From Nemertoderma westbladi (lineage: Eukaryota > Animalia > Xenacoelomorpha): DNA of 54,471 nt. Both the position numbers and the translations under genes were made by a program. The DNA is taken from positions 1-54,471 of the forward strand of contig JAUCBJ010007307.1 of the NCBI GenBank assembly GCA_032718475.1. The letters are read 5' to 3'. Positions 1-11,929 of the stretch are shown piece by piece; the stretch's first letter is position 1, and the number at the start of each line of letters is the position of its first letter. Below the pieces are notes generated by a model. That model was not told the origin of the DNA. It worked only from the letters and a program-made list of their open reading frames with translations, and ran no database searches.

Positions 1-230
1 GGGAAATAAATTGGAATTGAATTGAAATTGAAATAGAAAGAAATTGAACATTAAGATCATTAAGAATTGTATTTTATTGTTTAAGACTTTGGTTTCATTG
101 TGGAAGATACTCTATCCTATAGTAAACCCCTCCGCCTCCACTCTGTTTCCCAAGTTGCCTTGGTTCCCATTTATCGACCAGTCAATAATGAAAGCCAGGG
201 TTGGTCTAGGTTGCTGCAATTAAAGTACAG

Positions 231-320
231 AGCCCAAACAGTGCAGCCTCATCTAGAGCCCAAACAGTGCAGCCCCATCTAGAGCCCAATCTAGAGCCCA
301 AACAGTGCAGCCCCATCTAG
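231..320 (+). repeat. Short imperfect tandem repeat, about 26-bp unit AGCCCAAACAGTGCAGCCCCATCTAG, about 3 copies
   Basis: Directly visible. Confidence 0.75.
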
Positions 321-470
321 GCATCGAAACAGGAGGGCATCCTGATTAAAAGTCCACGAATGTAATCACTAGACCTCTAGGCTTCTGATATATGAATAAA
401 TATATATACAATAATATTATATTATTATAATAAAATACATAATATACTGTATATATCAATCGAAACCTAC

Positions 471-622
471 CTGCCTCTTCCTGTTCTACAAACAAATTTT
501 CTTCTAGTTTATCATCTGTCTGTGTCTCTCGAGGTAGACTGAGTTTCCCATAGTTTCGTCTGTAGGCCGTCAGTTTATCATTGTCTTTAACTACTTTATT
601 AGATTCTAGAATATTCTCAGTG
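471..622 (-). CDS. Probable second coding exon of the same host gene (S-TENILESNKVVKDNDKLTAYRRNYGKLSLPRETQTDDKLEENLFVEQEEA)
   Basis: Acceptor ttttattttccag| and donor CAG|GTAGGT; 152 nt open in the phase set by exon 957-1180. Confidence 0.55.
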
Positions 623-956
623 CTGGAAAATAAAATACTTTATTATTTATCTGTACCGTACCGTATCGTATAGACTACTGTACTGTACCGTATCACGGAC
701 GGCCAAGCGCATTAGGGTTAGGCACAGTGGCAGCAGATGGTAGGTATCTACAGTATCTACAAAGGGGGTTGGCCATGACATAAATTCTGGATTGTTTTAG
801 AAATATACTTTACATGCCCTATATTTTTTTACTTATTATGCCCTATATATAATTACTTTAATGCCCTATATAATTTTATTTAAACCGATAAAATATTTGT
901 TTTAAATAAAAAACAAATAGGCTGTAGAATACATTATTAGTACCATAAATTACTAC

Positions 957-1180
957 CTTTGCTCTGGAATGCCGTTCCAAGCCGATTTTGGTCTGGTCTT
1001 CCGAATCTGTAGTTTGGCCAAAAGGTCTACGCATTTTAATCTGTCTTCGGGTTCCGCCGACTTATAAAATGACCTCAGTCTGTCTGCGAACCCCGGTTGG
1101 AGGATATCGTCACCAACTTCTAACCATTCGTCGTAGGCGGCTCTAGGTGGCGCTGTTTTCGGCCTTTCGTTGGGCGCCAT
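957..1180 (-). CDS. Probable first coding exon of an unidentified host gene (MAPNERPKTAPPR...RPKSAWNGIPEQ)
   Basis: ATG at 1180, GC-rich open frame in an AT-rich context, ends at a possible donor AG|GTAGTA in phase 2, which matches the phase of the next candidate exon. Confidence 0.55.
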
Positions 1181-1752
1181 TGTACTGTAGTAACACCTTT
1201 AAACCCCTCCAGGTAAACTGTAAGAATTTCTAACACCGATATAGTACGACTTCTTTTTTCGAAAATATAATTATTTTTGAAGAACTGAAATTCATATAAT
1301 ATATATACTGAAGGACTGTAACTTTAAAAAATTGCCGTACTTAGGCCTACTATTAATTGAAATATTGATGAGGTTAAATTTACATACTTTTCTGAAAAGT
1401 ATCACTTTGTTGTGCTAATCAGTGTACGTGCACAGTTACACACAAGAACGATTTGAGTGAGTTTAAATACAGAAACAAAGATAAGAATACGGCGACATAT
1501 TAATTTTAGTAAATATGTAGGGCATAGAGCAGGGCCAAATATAAAAACTCTACTACAGGTATTAGGCCTTGGCCACTAACTGTCTAGACTCTGGGCGGCC
1601 TAAAATGTAGTTTTATTACAAAATACTAGTAAATGGAAATGGCAGTAAATGGATGCAGTGTAGCCTAATGACTTAGATACTTCATAACTTTACTGCTGTA
1701 CCCAGTCTATGATTGCAGACTTTATGATTTTAATATAATTTATTAATCCACT

Positions 1753-2527
1753 GTGGTGAATGGTCCCATGGCTGATGCCGAGGAATACATAAAAATTCAG
1801 AATGAGGTTATCTCTCTAGTAAAACTAATTAAAGAAAAGAAAAATGTGAACAACGGCGTGGAACGTCAGCTAATCGACGGACTCACAAGGATGACTTCAA
1901 TGTATACCATTGTAGTTGGTAAACTTGCGGATGCCCGCGCGGAATCTATAACCTCAAAGAACGCTCTCATTGAATGTAAAAATACGGCCGTCCAGCCATC
2001 TCCACGATATTCTGATGCCCTGCGCACCAACCCCGCCAATGGTGCCGGACCAACGCTCCTCTCATCGTACTCTACCAACACTCCGACCACCCAGAGCACT
2101 TCCCCACCTGCCGCGGGTAGGCCCAACGGAGCGGCAAGGCCACCAACTATTCGCGGCAACAGACAGGGAGGAATACTTCGCGCAGTCCCCCCTACACAAC
2201 CACAGCGCAACGCGCCGGGCCCCCGCAAAGCCCACATTCACATTGGGCGTCTCGACCCGGAGGTAACCAGCAAAGATATTGGCGACTACCTTAAAGCGGA
2301 GGCTATCCCCTTCGAGGAGGTAATCGCCATACAACCTCACCCCGACTCCATATATAACAGCTTCCATCTTATCGCCGACCAAGGACCGCGACAAACTAAT
2401 GGACCCATCGCTCTGGACGGAGGGTATAACAATAAGAAATTACCGTTTAACCAACGCTGAACGGGAAACTTTTGGACTTAAACCTCGCCGACCCTGGCTG
2501 AACCGGCCGGAGTCGAGTTCAAACTGA
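1753..2527 (+). CDS. LINE ORF1 (coiled-coil-like N-terminus, P/T-rich linker, RRM-like C-terminus), one frameshift near 2380
   Basis: IHIGRLDPEVTSKDI..YL and NSFHL motifs; the shifted frame continues KDRDKLMDPSLWTEGITIRNYR (typical ORF1 C-terminal 'DPxxWPEGIxxR' motif) to TGA at 2525-2527. Confidence 0.75.
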
Positions 2528-5368
2528 CAACCACCATTCTGCCAACTCCACACTTACGCGCGCGCAGACAACCCGCACCCCCTCACTGTATCACTATGGA
2601 ATGTGGAAGGTATTAAATACCTCACGGACCACCTCCCAGATAATGAACTTTACTCTCACTCGGATGTTCTTCTCTTCACGGAGACATTCCATACCTCCAC
2701 TACCTTTAATACAACTGAATACTATCCTTTCACGAGCCCTGCAGTGAAGCCCACTAGAGGCCGCCCCTATGGGGGCCTACTGATACTATGTAGACCCAAT
2801 TTAAACCCAGCAATAGTCGCCAGAGATGAATCGTTTATTGCTATTAAAACTATAGCAGCACATTTCATTGTCTTCTACTTCAACCCGGATTACGCAATTG
2901 AAGACATAACATTATCAGTAACTAACGCACTATCCTACACTCACCCAGATATACCCATTATCATTGGCGGGGACTTAAACTGTAGACTTGACAGTGGTAT
3001 TCGAGGGACAAAACTATGCAGCTACTTTAATAATCTAGGATTTATATGTATCAACAACCCAACTGAACCTACCTACATTTCACCACAAGGCGAAAGTCTT
3101 ATTGATCTTCTATTTATAAAGTACCCGGGGTCATTCCCTGTCGATCTCCAGACAACAACGGTCTCTATCAATCCGATTCGTAAACACCAGCGTGTAACAG
3201 CATTGATTACTATTCCGGCGGTCAACCCCGACATCAGCTGCAAACCTATTCGGGTTAGCAGGAAGTTGGATATCAGTCATCTACGTGGATGCCTCGATGT
3301 ACAGTCTCTAGAGGAGGAACTCTCCGGGAACTCAGACGTAGACTCTGCTATACAGTTAGTAAATGATGCAATACTCGAATCGACCGAAACAATCCCCCTC
3401 CGCCGAGCCCATGGTAAACCTTGGTTCGATTCTGACTGTCAGCGACTAAAGGGAACCTTAGTCGAGTCAATGAAGAAGAGGAACGACTCTAACTCCGATA
3501 AACTCGCTTTCTGGGAACAACGCAAACAATACAAAAAGCTTATAAAGTTAAAGCGCTTGGCCTACGAAGAAAACTCACTTAGGAAACTTATAGGAAAAGT
3601 GGAAATTAAACCCTGGCTTTTATTCAGAGACTACAAGCCTAATGTTGCCCCTATAGATGCTACCCGCCTTGAGTCCCACTTTCGGAATTTACTTGGAACC
3701 CGGGTGGATCCTCCTAACTGTGAACCCATCCCAGTCACCACGGAACACGAGCGTAGCACCCCCGAATGGTACAACGAGACATTCTCCAACACCGAAGTTC
3801 TCACAACCATTAATGCTTCGGCAAACAACAAAGCAAATGGCCCGGATAAAATATTTTATGAGCACCTTAAACAGGCAGCCCCTTTCTTGGTTATATTAAT
3901 AACTCTACTCTATAATGTGTGCCTCAATACAGCGAAACTCCCTTTGATCTGGAAAACCAGCGTAATCAATATTATATATAAAGGCAAAGGTGACGTCACA
4001 AATCCGGATAACTATCGCGGTATCGCCCTGATCTGTGTGACCCTCAAGATCCTAACCTCGCTAATAAATAATCGGGTTAGGCAATTCATCTCTCATTATC
4101 TTCCTCCAGAACAGTACGGTTTCCTTCCGGGTAAGTCAACCAAACAAGCCATTTCCCAACTCATCGATGACATATCCGCCGGTTTCCATTCCCCTTCACG
4201 GCAGCAACGTATAATATACGCGGCTTTCATAGATTTCCGTAAGGCGTTCGACATGGTCCCCCGCACTAAACTACTTTACAAAATCTACAACGCAGGTATC
4301 AAAGGGAAGGTTTACGATCTAATAAAGGAGCTACTCGACAACAGTTTTAGAGTTTTCGATGGAATTCGCTTCTCGAATATTATCCAACAGTTGCGTGGCA
4401 TTCTTCAAGGAGACTGCCTTTCTCCAACATTGTTCATTATATTTATTGCTGACCTCGCAGCCGTTATCCGTTCAGCAGGCATTGCTATTATTAAATTCCT
4501 GTTCTATGCCGACGATCTCGTTATCTACTCGAACAATAAGGAGGATATACAGGCATGTTTAACTGCGCTCCATGGATGGTGCCTCTCCAACGGAATGGAA
4601 GTTAACTTGGTTAAGACCAAAGTAATTAAATTCCGTAAAGGAGGCCGCCTCGCTGTCAACGACAACTTCACTTACGGGGCCAACCCAGTTGTTATCGCGA
4701 GCAGCTACGAATACCTCGGGGTCGTCCTTCAGTCTTCGCTCTCCTTCACACGACACATCCAGCAGAAAAAAGAAAGCGCCTCCATAGTAACTGGTTCACT
4801 AAACCATCTCCATCTACTATCAATATCTACAGGTATATCAATATTCAATATGAAAATTGCCCCATTGGTTACTTATTCATTTAAAGAAATCGGACGATTT
4901 TTCACTCTCGCTAATCTTAAAGAAATCGATAAAATTAAAAATAAATATTTAAAGCGAATGCTCTCTCTACACTCATCAACCTCTTCCACTCTAGTGCTGC
5001 ATTTAACTCAAGAAAAATCATTCATTGAGTCCATACTCACCTCCAGCCCCAATATATTCGACACCAATATCGTTTCGAATTACCGCAGTTACCGCCGTGA
5101 ACGCGAGCTAAACTTCCACGACGAAGGTTACCAGCGTGGTCCGGGTTTCCAATGCGAAATCTGGAAACGCGCCGGACAACGTAATCGACACGTAGTTACG
5201 AGGGCAACCGCCCACGGGTTTCACTTCCGTGTCTGCTCAACCGCTACACCGTTCCACGAACTCACATCCACCTGCTGCTGTACATACTGCGGCGAGCCCT
5301 GCGATGACCGTTACCACGTGCTCGTCTGTGCGATGTGCCCACCGCTGTCACAACTGGCTGCTTCATAG
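2528..5368 (+). CDS. LINE ORF2: AP endonuclease + reverse transcriptase + C-terminal Cys/His motif
   Basis: APE motifs SLWNVEG, LFTET, GRPYGGL, GGDLNCR, SLIDLLF; RT motifs NYRGIAL, QYGF, FIDFRKAFD, GILQGDCLSPTLF, FYADD, YLGV; C-terminal CTYCGEPCDDRYHVLVC. The frame is open from 2528; the ORF-track start at 2603 is a GTG inside APE motif I. Confidence 0.95.
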   Translation, partial: QPPFCQLHTYARADNPHPLTVSLWNVEGIKYLTDHLPDNELYSHSDVLLFTETFHTSTTFNTTEYYPFTSPAVKPTRGRPYGGLLILCRPNLNPAIVARDESFIAIKTIAAHFIVFYFNPDYAIEDITLSVTNALSYTHPDIPIIIGGDLNCRLDSGIRGTKLCSYFNNLGFICINNPTEPTYISPQGESLIDLLFIKYPGSFPVDLQTTTVSINPIRKHQRVTALITIPAVNPDISCKPIRVSRKLDISHLRGCLDVQSLEEELSGNSDVDSAIQLVNDAILESTETIPLRRAHGKPWFDSDCQRLKGTLVESMKKRNDSNSDKLAFWEQRKQYKKLIKLKRLAYEENSLRKLIGKVEIKPWLLFRDYKPNVAPIDATRLESHFRNLLGTRVDPPNCEPIPVTTEHERSTPEWYNETFSNTEVLTTINASANNKANGPDKIFYEHLKQAAPFLVILITLLYNVCLNTAKLPLIWKTSVINIIYKGKGDVTNPDNYRGIALICVTLKILTSLINNRVRQFISHYLPPEQYGFLPGKSTKQAISQLIDDISAGFHSPSRQQRIIYAAFIDFRKAFDMVPRTKLLYKIYNAGIKGKVYDLIKELLDNSFRVFDGIRFSNIIQQLRGILQGDCLSPTLFIIFIADLAAVIRSAGIAIIKFLFYADDLVIYSNNKEDIQACLTALHGWCLSNGMEVNLVKTKVIKFRKGGRLAVNDNFTYGANPVVIASSYEYLGVVLQSSLSFTRHIQQKKESASIVTGSLNHLHLLSISTGISIFNMKIAPLVTYSFKEIGRFFTLANLKEIDKIKNKYLKRMLSLHSSTSSTLVLHLTQEKSFIESILTSSPNIFDTNIVSNYRSYRRERELNFHDEGYQRGPGFQCEIWKRAGQRNRHVVTRATAHGFHFRVCSTATPFHELTSTCCCTYCGEPCDDRYHVLVCAMCPPLSQLAAS

Positions 5369-6544
5369 TCATCTTCCAGTTAAATAATAATAATAATATT
5401 TTATACTTAATATTTATTTTACAAGTGAACGACCTTTTACTGTGTGTTTTTATAATTAATTTTACCGCATATTTACCCCGCCCGGGGTGTATTGAAATAT
5501 ATATATTACAAAATACTGTAGTAACATAACATTATACAGTAAAACAACAATGTAAATAAAAAAGGCCGCAGGCTCTGTACCGGTATGTGAAACCTTTCTT
5601 ATGTGATGGAATTTCTAAATTTCATAATCGGAATAGAGAATAATTTGCACCAATACCAAAAACCGTTAAGATAAGATAACTACTGTACAACAGTAGGCCA
5701 ATTATTTTTTTTCTTGAAAGTTACATTATGTGTCCGGGGTAATGTCAGAGTCGGTACTGTAGGCCTACATATACCCCGATGGCTCTAGAAGTAGACAACT
5801 GACTACTGAATCTTTTAGTAGGATCGGTAGGACTAATGTCAAAATAATCTATGAATAGGGTTGGTGCGCGAAAAAATTGTTAGGCTACAGTAGAAACAAG
5901 TAAATAAGGGTTAACAATGTGCCCTGAATCGAATGGCGGGGTGTGTTTTTTGTAAAAATACATGGAAACGGTCAAAATAGTGGGTTTAAGTAAGCGCGGG
6001 AAGCCAATTTTGAAAATCGGCTATGATTGGCTGCTATTCGACGTCACTACAGTGCATATAAAGTGTGATCTAATAATTTTTAATCTTGGTTTCTATGGGT
6101 AGCAATTTTCGATCCATTCAAATACACATTCTCAATAATTTCACACGCGGCTTAGGCCTATATCAATGAAATCGGAGAGTCTTGCGCGTCTTTTGGCATA
6201 CAATTAATTAAATTCATGATGGGGAAGATCGAAAAAATGCTGTTCACAATGGCACTCGGCCTATTGTAGGCTAGTATCTGAGTATTGAAGCTTTACTTCA
6301 TTAAGTAGGGTTTACCGGTAACCGGTACACATTTTTAATATTCAAGTAGCCTACTACCAATTATTACTACAGTATATTATATATGTGTAATAATAATAAT
6401 AATTATTATTATTATAAAATAAAGGCATTACTAACTCGTATAATAATACAATGAACCATCAAAATTAATATAACAATTAACTGAAATATAAAGTATAGTC
6501 CTAGAATATTAATAATTTCGGTTAATTATAAATTAATACAAAGC

Positions 6545-8369
6545 TCAATATTGAGCCGCTATGTCCGATCCACTGAGCCCAGCACCGTCCCGAAACCAAG
6601 CCCTCGCCATGAACGGCGACCACCTCGAAGGCACAGAGAATTCGACCGCAGCAGAGTAAACTGTAGACGGCGTCGCACGCCCCCCAAAACGCAGGCTAAA
6701 CCACGCTCCCTCATTGACTGGTATGCTTGGCCACTAGGGCCTCTGCGATGTGGTTAATGAGGATGCGGGTCTCAGGACACCAAACACCGTCTGTAGTACC
6801 CACGAGCAGAGTGAAAGACATCCGCCGGTCTTCACAGATAGTGTGGTAGTGGCGCTTTTTGTAGCAGCAACGTTCCTCAAGGAGTGACTCGGTTGACCAG
6901 TTGGCGTGGGTGTAAGAGGTGGCGTCAGCGTTTATAATCGCAACATCAAACGATACCACCCGTTGGTTAGCCCACACACCCCGTGCAACCAGATCCGCTC
7001 TGACCCCCCCCCCCCCCCCCCCCCCCCGACTGCAGCACCCGAACTATACAAGTAACCCCGGGATAGGGTCACCTCCCGCTCGACACTGGAGGCCCCAACC
7101 ACTGAAGTGAGGAGATCGCTGAACACCTCCCGCACCTCGTCATGGCGCTTTACTACTGGAGAATTCACCCCCACAACCCTCGCACCTCACTGGAAGACCG
7201 GGAGGTACCAAGCCATACCGGAGTGAAAGGTTGTCGGGAAATTCATCAGCGCTGAGGTCAGTATGATCCAGTATCGATGGCTGGGCCGTCAACCAACCAC
7301 CAGTCCGATGGTTTACAGCTCTTTCAACTGTTTTCTGACGGTGTGCTGGAACAGCAGCTAGGGCTGCATCGGGCCTCGCTGAAAATGTTGTCTCCAACGT
7401 CTCTCGGGATGACTTAAGAGCCTGGCTCAGCATTGCCCCATGGTCAGCAGCCTGGAGCAGTGCACCGTCCTTTATCGCTTCTGAGACCAAGACGGTTCCT
7501 TTGGTCGATGCTTTCCTCGCTGGTTCTCGGCGAATCAAAGTATCCCTGAGACTGATCCCCCCGTGTCGAGCTGGGAGTGGGAGCAAATCCTCATCAGTGT
7601 CGCTAACAGGAAACCCAAACAAGTCAGGGACAAACTCGGTAAGGAGAGCAGTCCAGATTGGAGAAATCTCGTCATTGGTAGTAGGGACTACTCTCAACAG
7701 GTAGTCCCACTCTGCTTGGACGCAAAGTGAGACATCAGCATGCGCCGACTGTGGTTAATCCTTTGCTACTGCTGAGATTTTGCGGATACTGTCCATCCAT
7801 CCTGAGACCCTCTCACCCACAAATGCGGTTCTCCCGGATTCCTCCCCAATGTATCCACCCAGGAATCTGTGACTGGTTTCGAATTGTACCCCTGTCCATC
7901 GGAATATCTCCTGGGCCTCGGCTTCACAGCCAGGCTTTACAACCAAGAAGGATTTAGAAGCCTCTGGGAAGCATCCGATCAAGGGACCAATCGCCAGGAG
8001 CAAGTCCCACCACTTCCGAACCGCGATAAGTTTACCGGCCGATCCAGAGTCATCCGCATACCAACACTGAGTCTGGTCCCTGGTCTTCCTAGCAGGTAGT
8101 TGATTGGTCACACAGTCGAATAGAGGATCTTCTTTCAAGATAGAGGGTTGTGGTGTTGGTGGGATGCAGTCAGTGGAATCCAGGATTGAAGACTGCCGGC
8201 TAGACTCGAGTAAGTGAGCTTGTGGGGGTAAAGGTGTTGGTGGGATTATTTCCGAGTCCAGTGGGTTGACTTCAATGGTCTGTGATGACTGGTAACTGAG
8301 TTCGCATAGCTTCCGGACCAGTGTTAGGGTTGCACAGGCATATCCGAACATGGCGACAGGATCTCCTTG
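6545..8369 (-). mobile_element. Decayed CRE-like non-LTR retrotransposon (RT + zinc knuckle + restriction-like endonuclease), cut at its 5' side by the LTR element
   Basis: RT motifs QGDPVAMFGYA, QCWYADD, FPEASKSFLVVK, RFLGGYIG, LPARHGG; RLE-region motifs CEGCG, RHDEVR, FDV.I.NADATSY, SFTLLVGTTDG; several frameshifts and stops. Confidence 0.85.
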
Positions 8370-9606
8370 TGTAAAAGCTTCTGTGGGATATAACTGGCCC
8401 CTTTGCTTCGCAATCCAGTTTCCCCCAGGCGCTGGAATACTCTAAAAAAGGTTCTCTGACTGTATATATATTCCCCTCGCCCGCAAGGTACCTTTACAGG
8501 TGTTTTAACGGACATAAAAATCATTCTGCTATATACGTGTTTTAGCGGACATGGTAAGACAAAAACTTGTAATGCACAAACCACCTTTCACAGCTTAGCC
8601 GTGATGATTCATATTACGACATCTAGCAGCTGGTTGTTGACATGGAAACAGCCATTGGCCGCGTGGTTCTTTGTTTGGCTTGGGCCAATCAGGGCGGTTT
8701 TTCCTGTCGACGTGTAGCTTTCCTGCCGATCATAAGGAGAGTGTTCTGTCTTACTGAGAGAGAGAGTTGTTACTTTTGTTGTTATTGCTGTCTAAGCCAG
8801 AAACACCGGCATTTTGTAACCAATACTGCTGTACCGTAAACTGCTTGAATTATCGAAAGTATAAACTGTTACCTCATCAATCCTGACTTAAATCACTCAC
8901 TAATTCATTAATCATATTGTTTGTACTGTTATTTTACCGTCAGTTATTAATTGTAAATATTTGTTGATGGAAATATCGCTATTTGGATAATACGGATAAA
9001 TCACCCAATTCCCAATTTTCTTGATAACACTACAGGTTAGAGAGACCGGCTATAAATAACAATTGCGATTTATATTAATGTGGTGTGTATTGAATCCAAT
9101 GTTATTTAGCAGACCCTACGCGAGTCAATTACTGCTCTCTTTATGTGTGATCAAATATACTGACTGTCGGCAGAATAGTGTGTATGATTGTGATTGGTAA
9201 CAAAGTATTTCCTAAAGAATACGTTTTATACTTTAATCAGCAGCAGTATCGTTGCGTTTAGTATAAGTCTTAGTTCTGTTTAAATAGATAAAGCGCCACG
9301 TCCTAAAGGAACTGTTAATATTTCCCGAAAGCCAATAATATCTGTCAGAGATTAATTATTAACGATCTATCGAATAATACATTAGGTATACACTACAACC
9401 TTACACTGTAATAATACAATTCAAGCATCCGAATTCAGTCTCCCGGGTGTAGATCCATCGGGTGAATGATCGCGCATGGGCTGACTTCGGCTAATGTTTT
9501 GCGTATTAGCATAAATTATTGTCGTATGCTAAAGTGGTTTTAATTAACGAAAAGACATATAAATTTTGGCAGGTTAAACTGCTAAAGGTCTTCGAAAGCG
9601 CGAACA
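8370..9606 (+). repeat. 5' LTR
   Basis: TGTAAAAGCTT...GCGCGAACA, near-identical to 19450-20708. Confidence 0.93.
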
Positions 9607-10058
9607 GTAACAGTTTATTCTGTATTGCAGTGTAAGTATTAAATACAGTTTAATACTGTTCTGTCGAACAGTAACAGTTTATAATCTTATTGCAGTAAGC
9701 AATAAGGTTGCAAGTGTAGGCATTAAATACAGTTTAATACTGTTCTGACGAACAGTAACGGTTTACAATCTTATTGCAGTAGGCAATAGGGTTGCAAAAT
9801 ACCGTAGTGACTGGTAAAACTGAACCGGTACTTTGTAGGTCAGTAGGCCTAACTGTCATCACCGGTACCGGTACTGCTGTACAAGTACATTAGTGTTATT
9901 CGATTTTGATTGTTGTATACCGGTAGGTCTTGGTACTTAATCAGGGAACGGCCGCCCTGATTTTTTATTTGAGATTCTACTTATTTCTGTTGGTTTTATT
10001 TATTAGTAGGCTAATATTGAGCAGAAGGCGTGTGACCCTGCTCAGATTGTTCAGATAA

Positions 10059-10625
10059 TTGTAGGCTGAGCTGCTGTCTGACTGTGGTTGGGTTTGGAGA
10101 GATTACGGCGTGTGTAGAGTTTGTCTGATAAAGTGCCGTTAGTAAGTTGGGGCAGTCAACACTGTAAGGTCAATCCCCTCTTAAAGAGTAAGTCGTACTA
10201 CCGTGTTAGCACGCATACTAACTAACAGTTTCAGAGTCTGCATATACTGTAGTTTATTTAGGCTTGATCGTAGTCTGCCAGTGTTTTAGCCTGTGTTTGT
10301 TTGTGTGGTCTGTTCAGGTACCGTAATAGTTATTACTCAAATATTTTGTAGGCTGGATTGTTGTCTAGCTATTTTTGGGTCTGAAGGGATTGCTGCGTGT
10401 GTAGAGTTGGTCTGATCAAGCGCCGTTAGTAAGTTGGGGCAGTCAACACTGTAAGGTCAATCCCCTCTTAAAGAGTAAGTCGTACTACCGTGTTAGCACG
10501 CATACTAACTAACAGTTTCAGAATCTGCACATACAGTAGTTTGTTTAGGCTTGATAGTAGTCCGCCAGCGTTTGGTTTGTATTTGTTTGAGTATTCTGTA
10601 CGGGTAGCGTAATATTTATTATTCA
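10059..10625 (+). repeat. About 287-bp tandem duplication in the 5' leader of the LTR element
   Basis: A block of about 100 bp starting GCCGTTAGTAAGTTGGGGCAG is identical at about 10135 and 10422, with diverged flanks. Confidence 0.85.
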
Positions 10626-11929
10626 GAGTTTATGCGATTATTCGCAACATTCATGTCCCCAAGTTTATTCCTACAGTAATTGTGCTTGTTATACATACCG
10701 TTATAGTTAAACTAACCCCGGTACTACATCAGGGCTGCTTGGCGTAGGTAAAGACTGACGACTTTGTGCTTCGGTCACTCCAGCAGATGCCGTGGTTCTT
10801 TTAACTGTTCAAGTATATTTAACTACTGATTACTTGTTATACCGGTACTTGTACCTAATTTAGGGTTTAGTGTACAGTGCCTTCCGAAGTAATTAGTGTA
10901 GGCAGTATATTTGTGTTGTAAAGTGGTTGATAGGCACATTCGTTAGCTCTATTAGCTTCTGGGTAGGAACAATCCGTGATACATAACGTAGTACCTATAG
11001 CGATACGGTTATAGGTCGTCAGGCGGTGGTATTTTCCTATCTGGACAGTACAATATATTTACTACTACTTATTATTCAAATACCGTAGTACCCTGTCTGT
11101 TGATAATAACCAGAAATCTAACCCTTTGTTAGGCTGGTTTGTAGACTTCCTGTAAAATTACCCTAAAAATTCGTACGTAATATTTTGTTGTGTTTAATTA
11201 GAGAATTAATCTCACCCGTATCGTAAGTAATTTGTAGTATTAAGTAACTTAGGTAAATTAGAATTATCAGTTTTAGTGTCAAATAAATAGCACTTCACTG
11301 AGAGGCGTTCAGTTTCTGTGTAGTAAACCCCCGGAAATAATAACATTTATTTCAAATATTGACAAAAACCCATATAACGGGTATATAAATATTATAAATC
11401 AAATCAAACGATTTATAAATAGTAGGCCTGTCATACAAAACTAGGTCTCACTATCAGTTGGACTACTGCTTAAACAACGGTAACAAAGTAAGTTAAAGTA
11501 ACCAAGTAGCCCTAAAATATTCAGAAATTCAATTATTCTCAAAATAATTGACATACCGGTACTTACAATAGGCTTATTATATTTATTTCTATAAATTTGA
11601 GCTGAAATCATACCGGTACTCTGTAATTAATTCTAATCCAGAATTATACTTATATACTATAAGTGTAAGCTGTATACCGGTATTCATTATAGGCCTACTA
11701 TATATATATATATTTGTGCTAAAATTATATACCGGTACTCTGTGACAAATCTAGTCTGTAATAATACTTATATATTATAAGCATACCGGTATTCTAATAT
11801 ATTGTATATATATCACGTTCCACTGAGTAACGGTACCGGTAATAAATCGCTAGGCTTGTGGTCATACTGAATTACTAGACTTGCTTTAACTGAAACTATA
11901 GTAGTAGATATTCGACTGTATAACTAAAC

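Larger units (their letters stand above)
1753..5397 (+). mobile_element. Non-LTR retrotransposon (LINE) with ORF1 and APE-RT ORF2; clade not assigned; 5' boundary uncertain
   Basis: Two ORFs, APE and RT motifs, very short 3' UTR ending in a (TAA)n tail at about 5381-5397. Confidence 0.93.

Noticed and set aside
8324-8839. Short ORFs duplicated at 8324-8839 and 19368-19904
   Set aside because: They recur only because they lie in the LTRs; no recognisable motifs.
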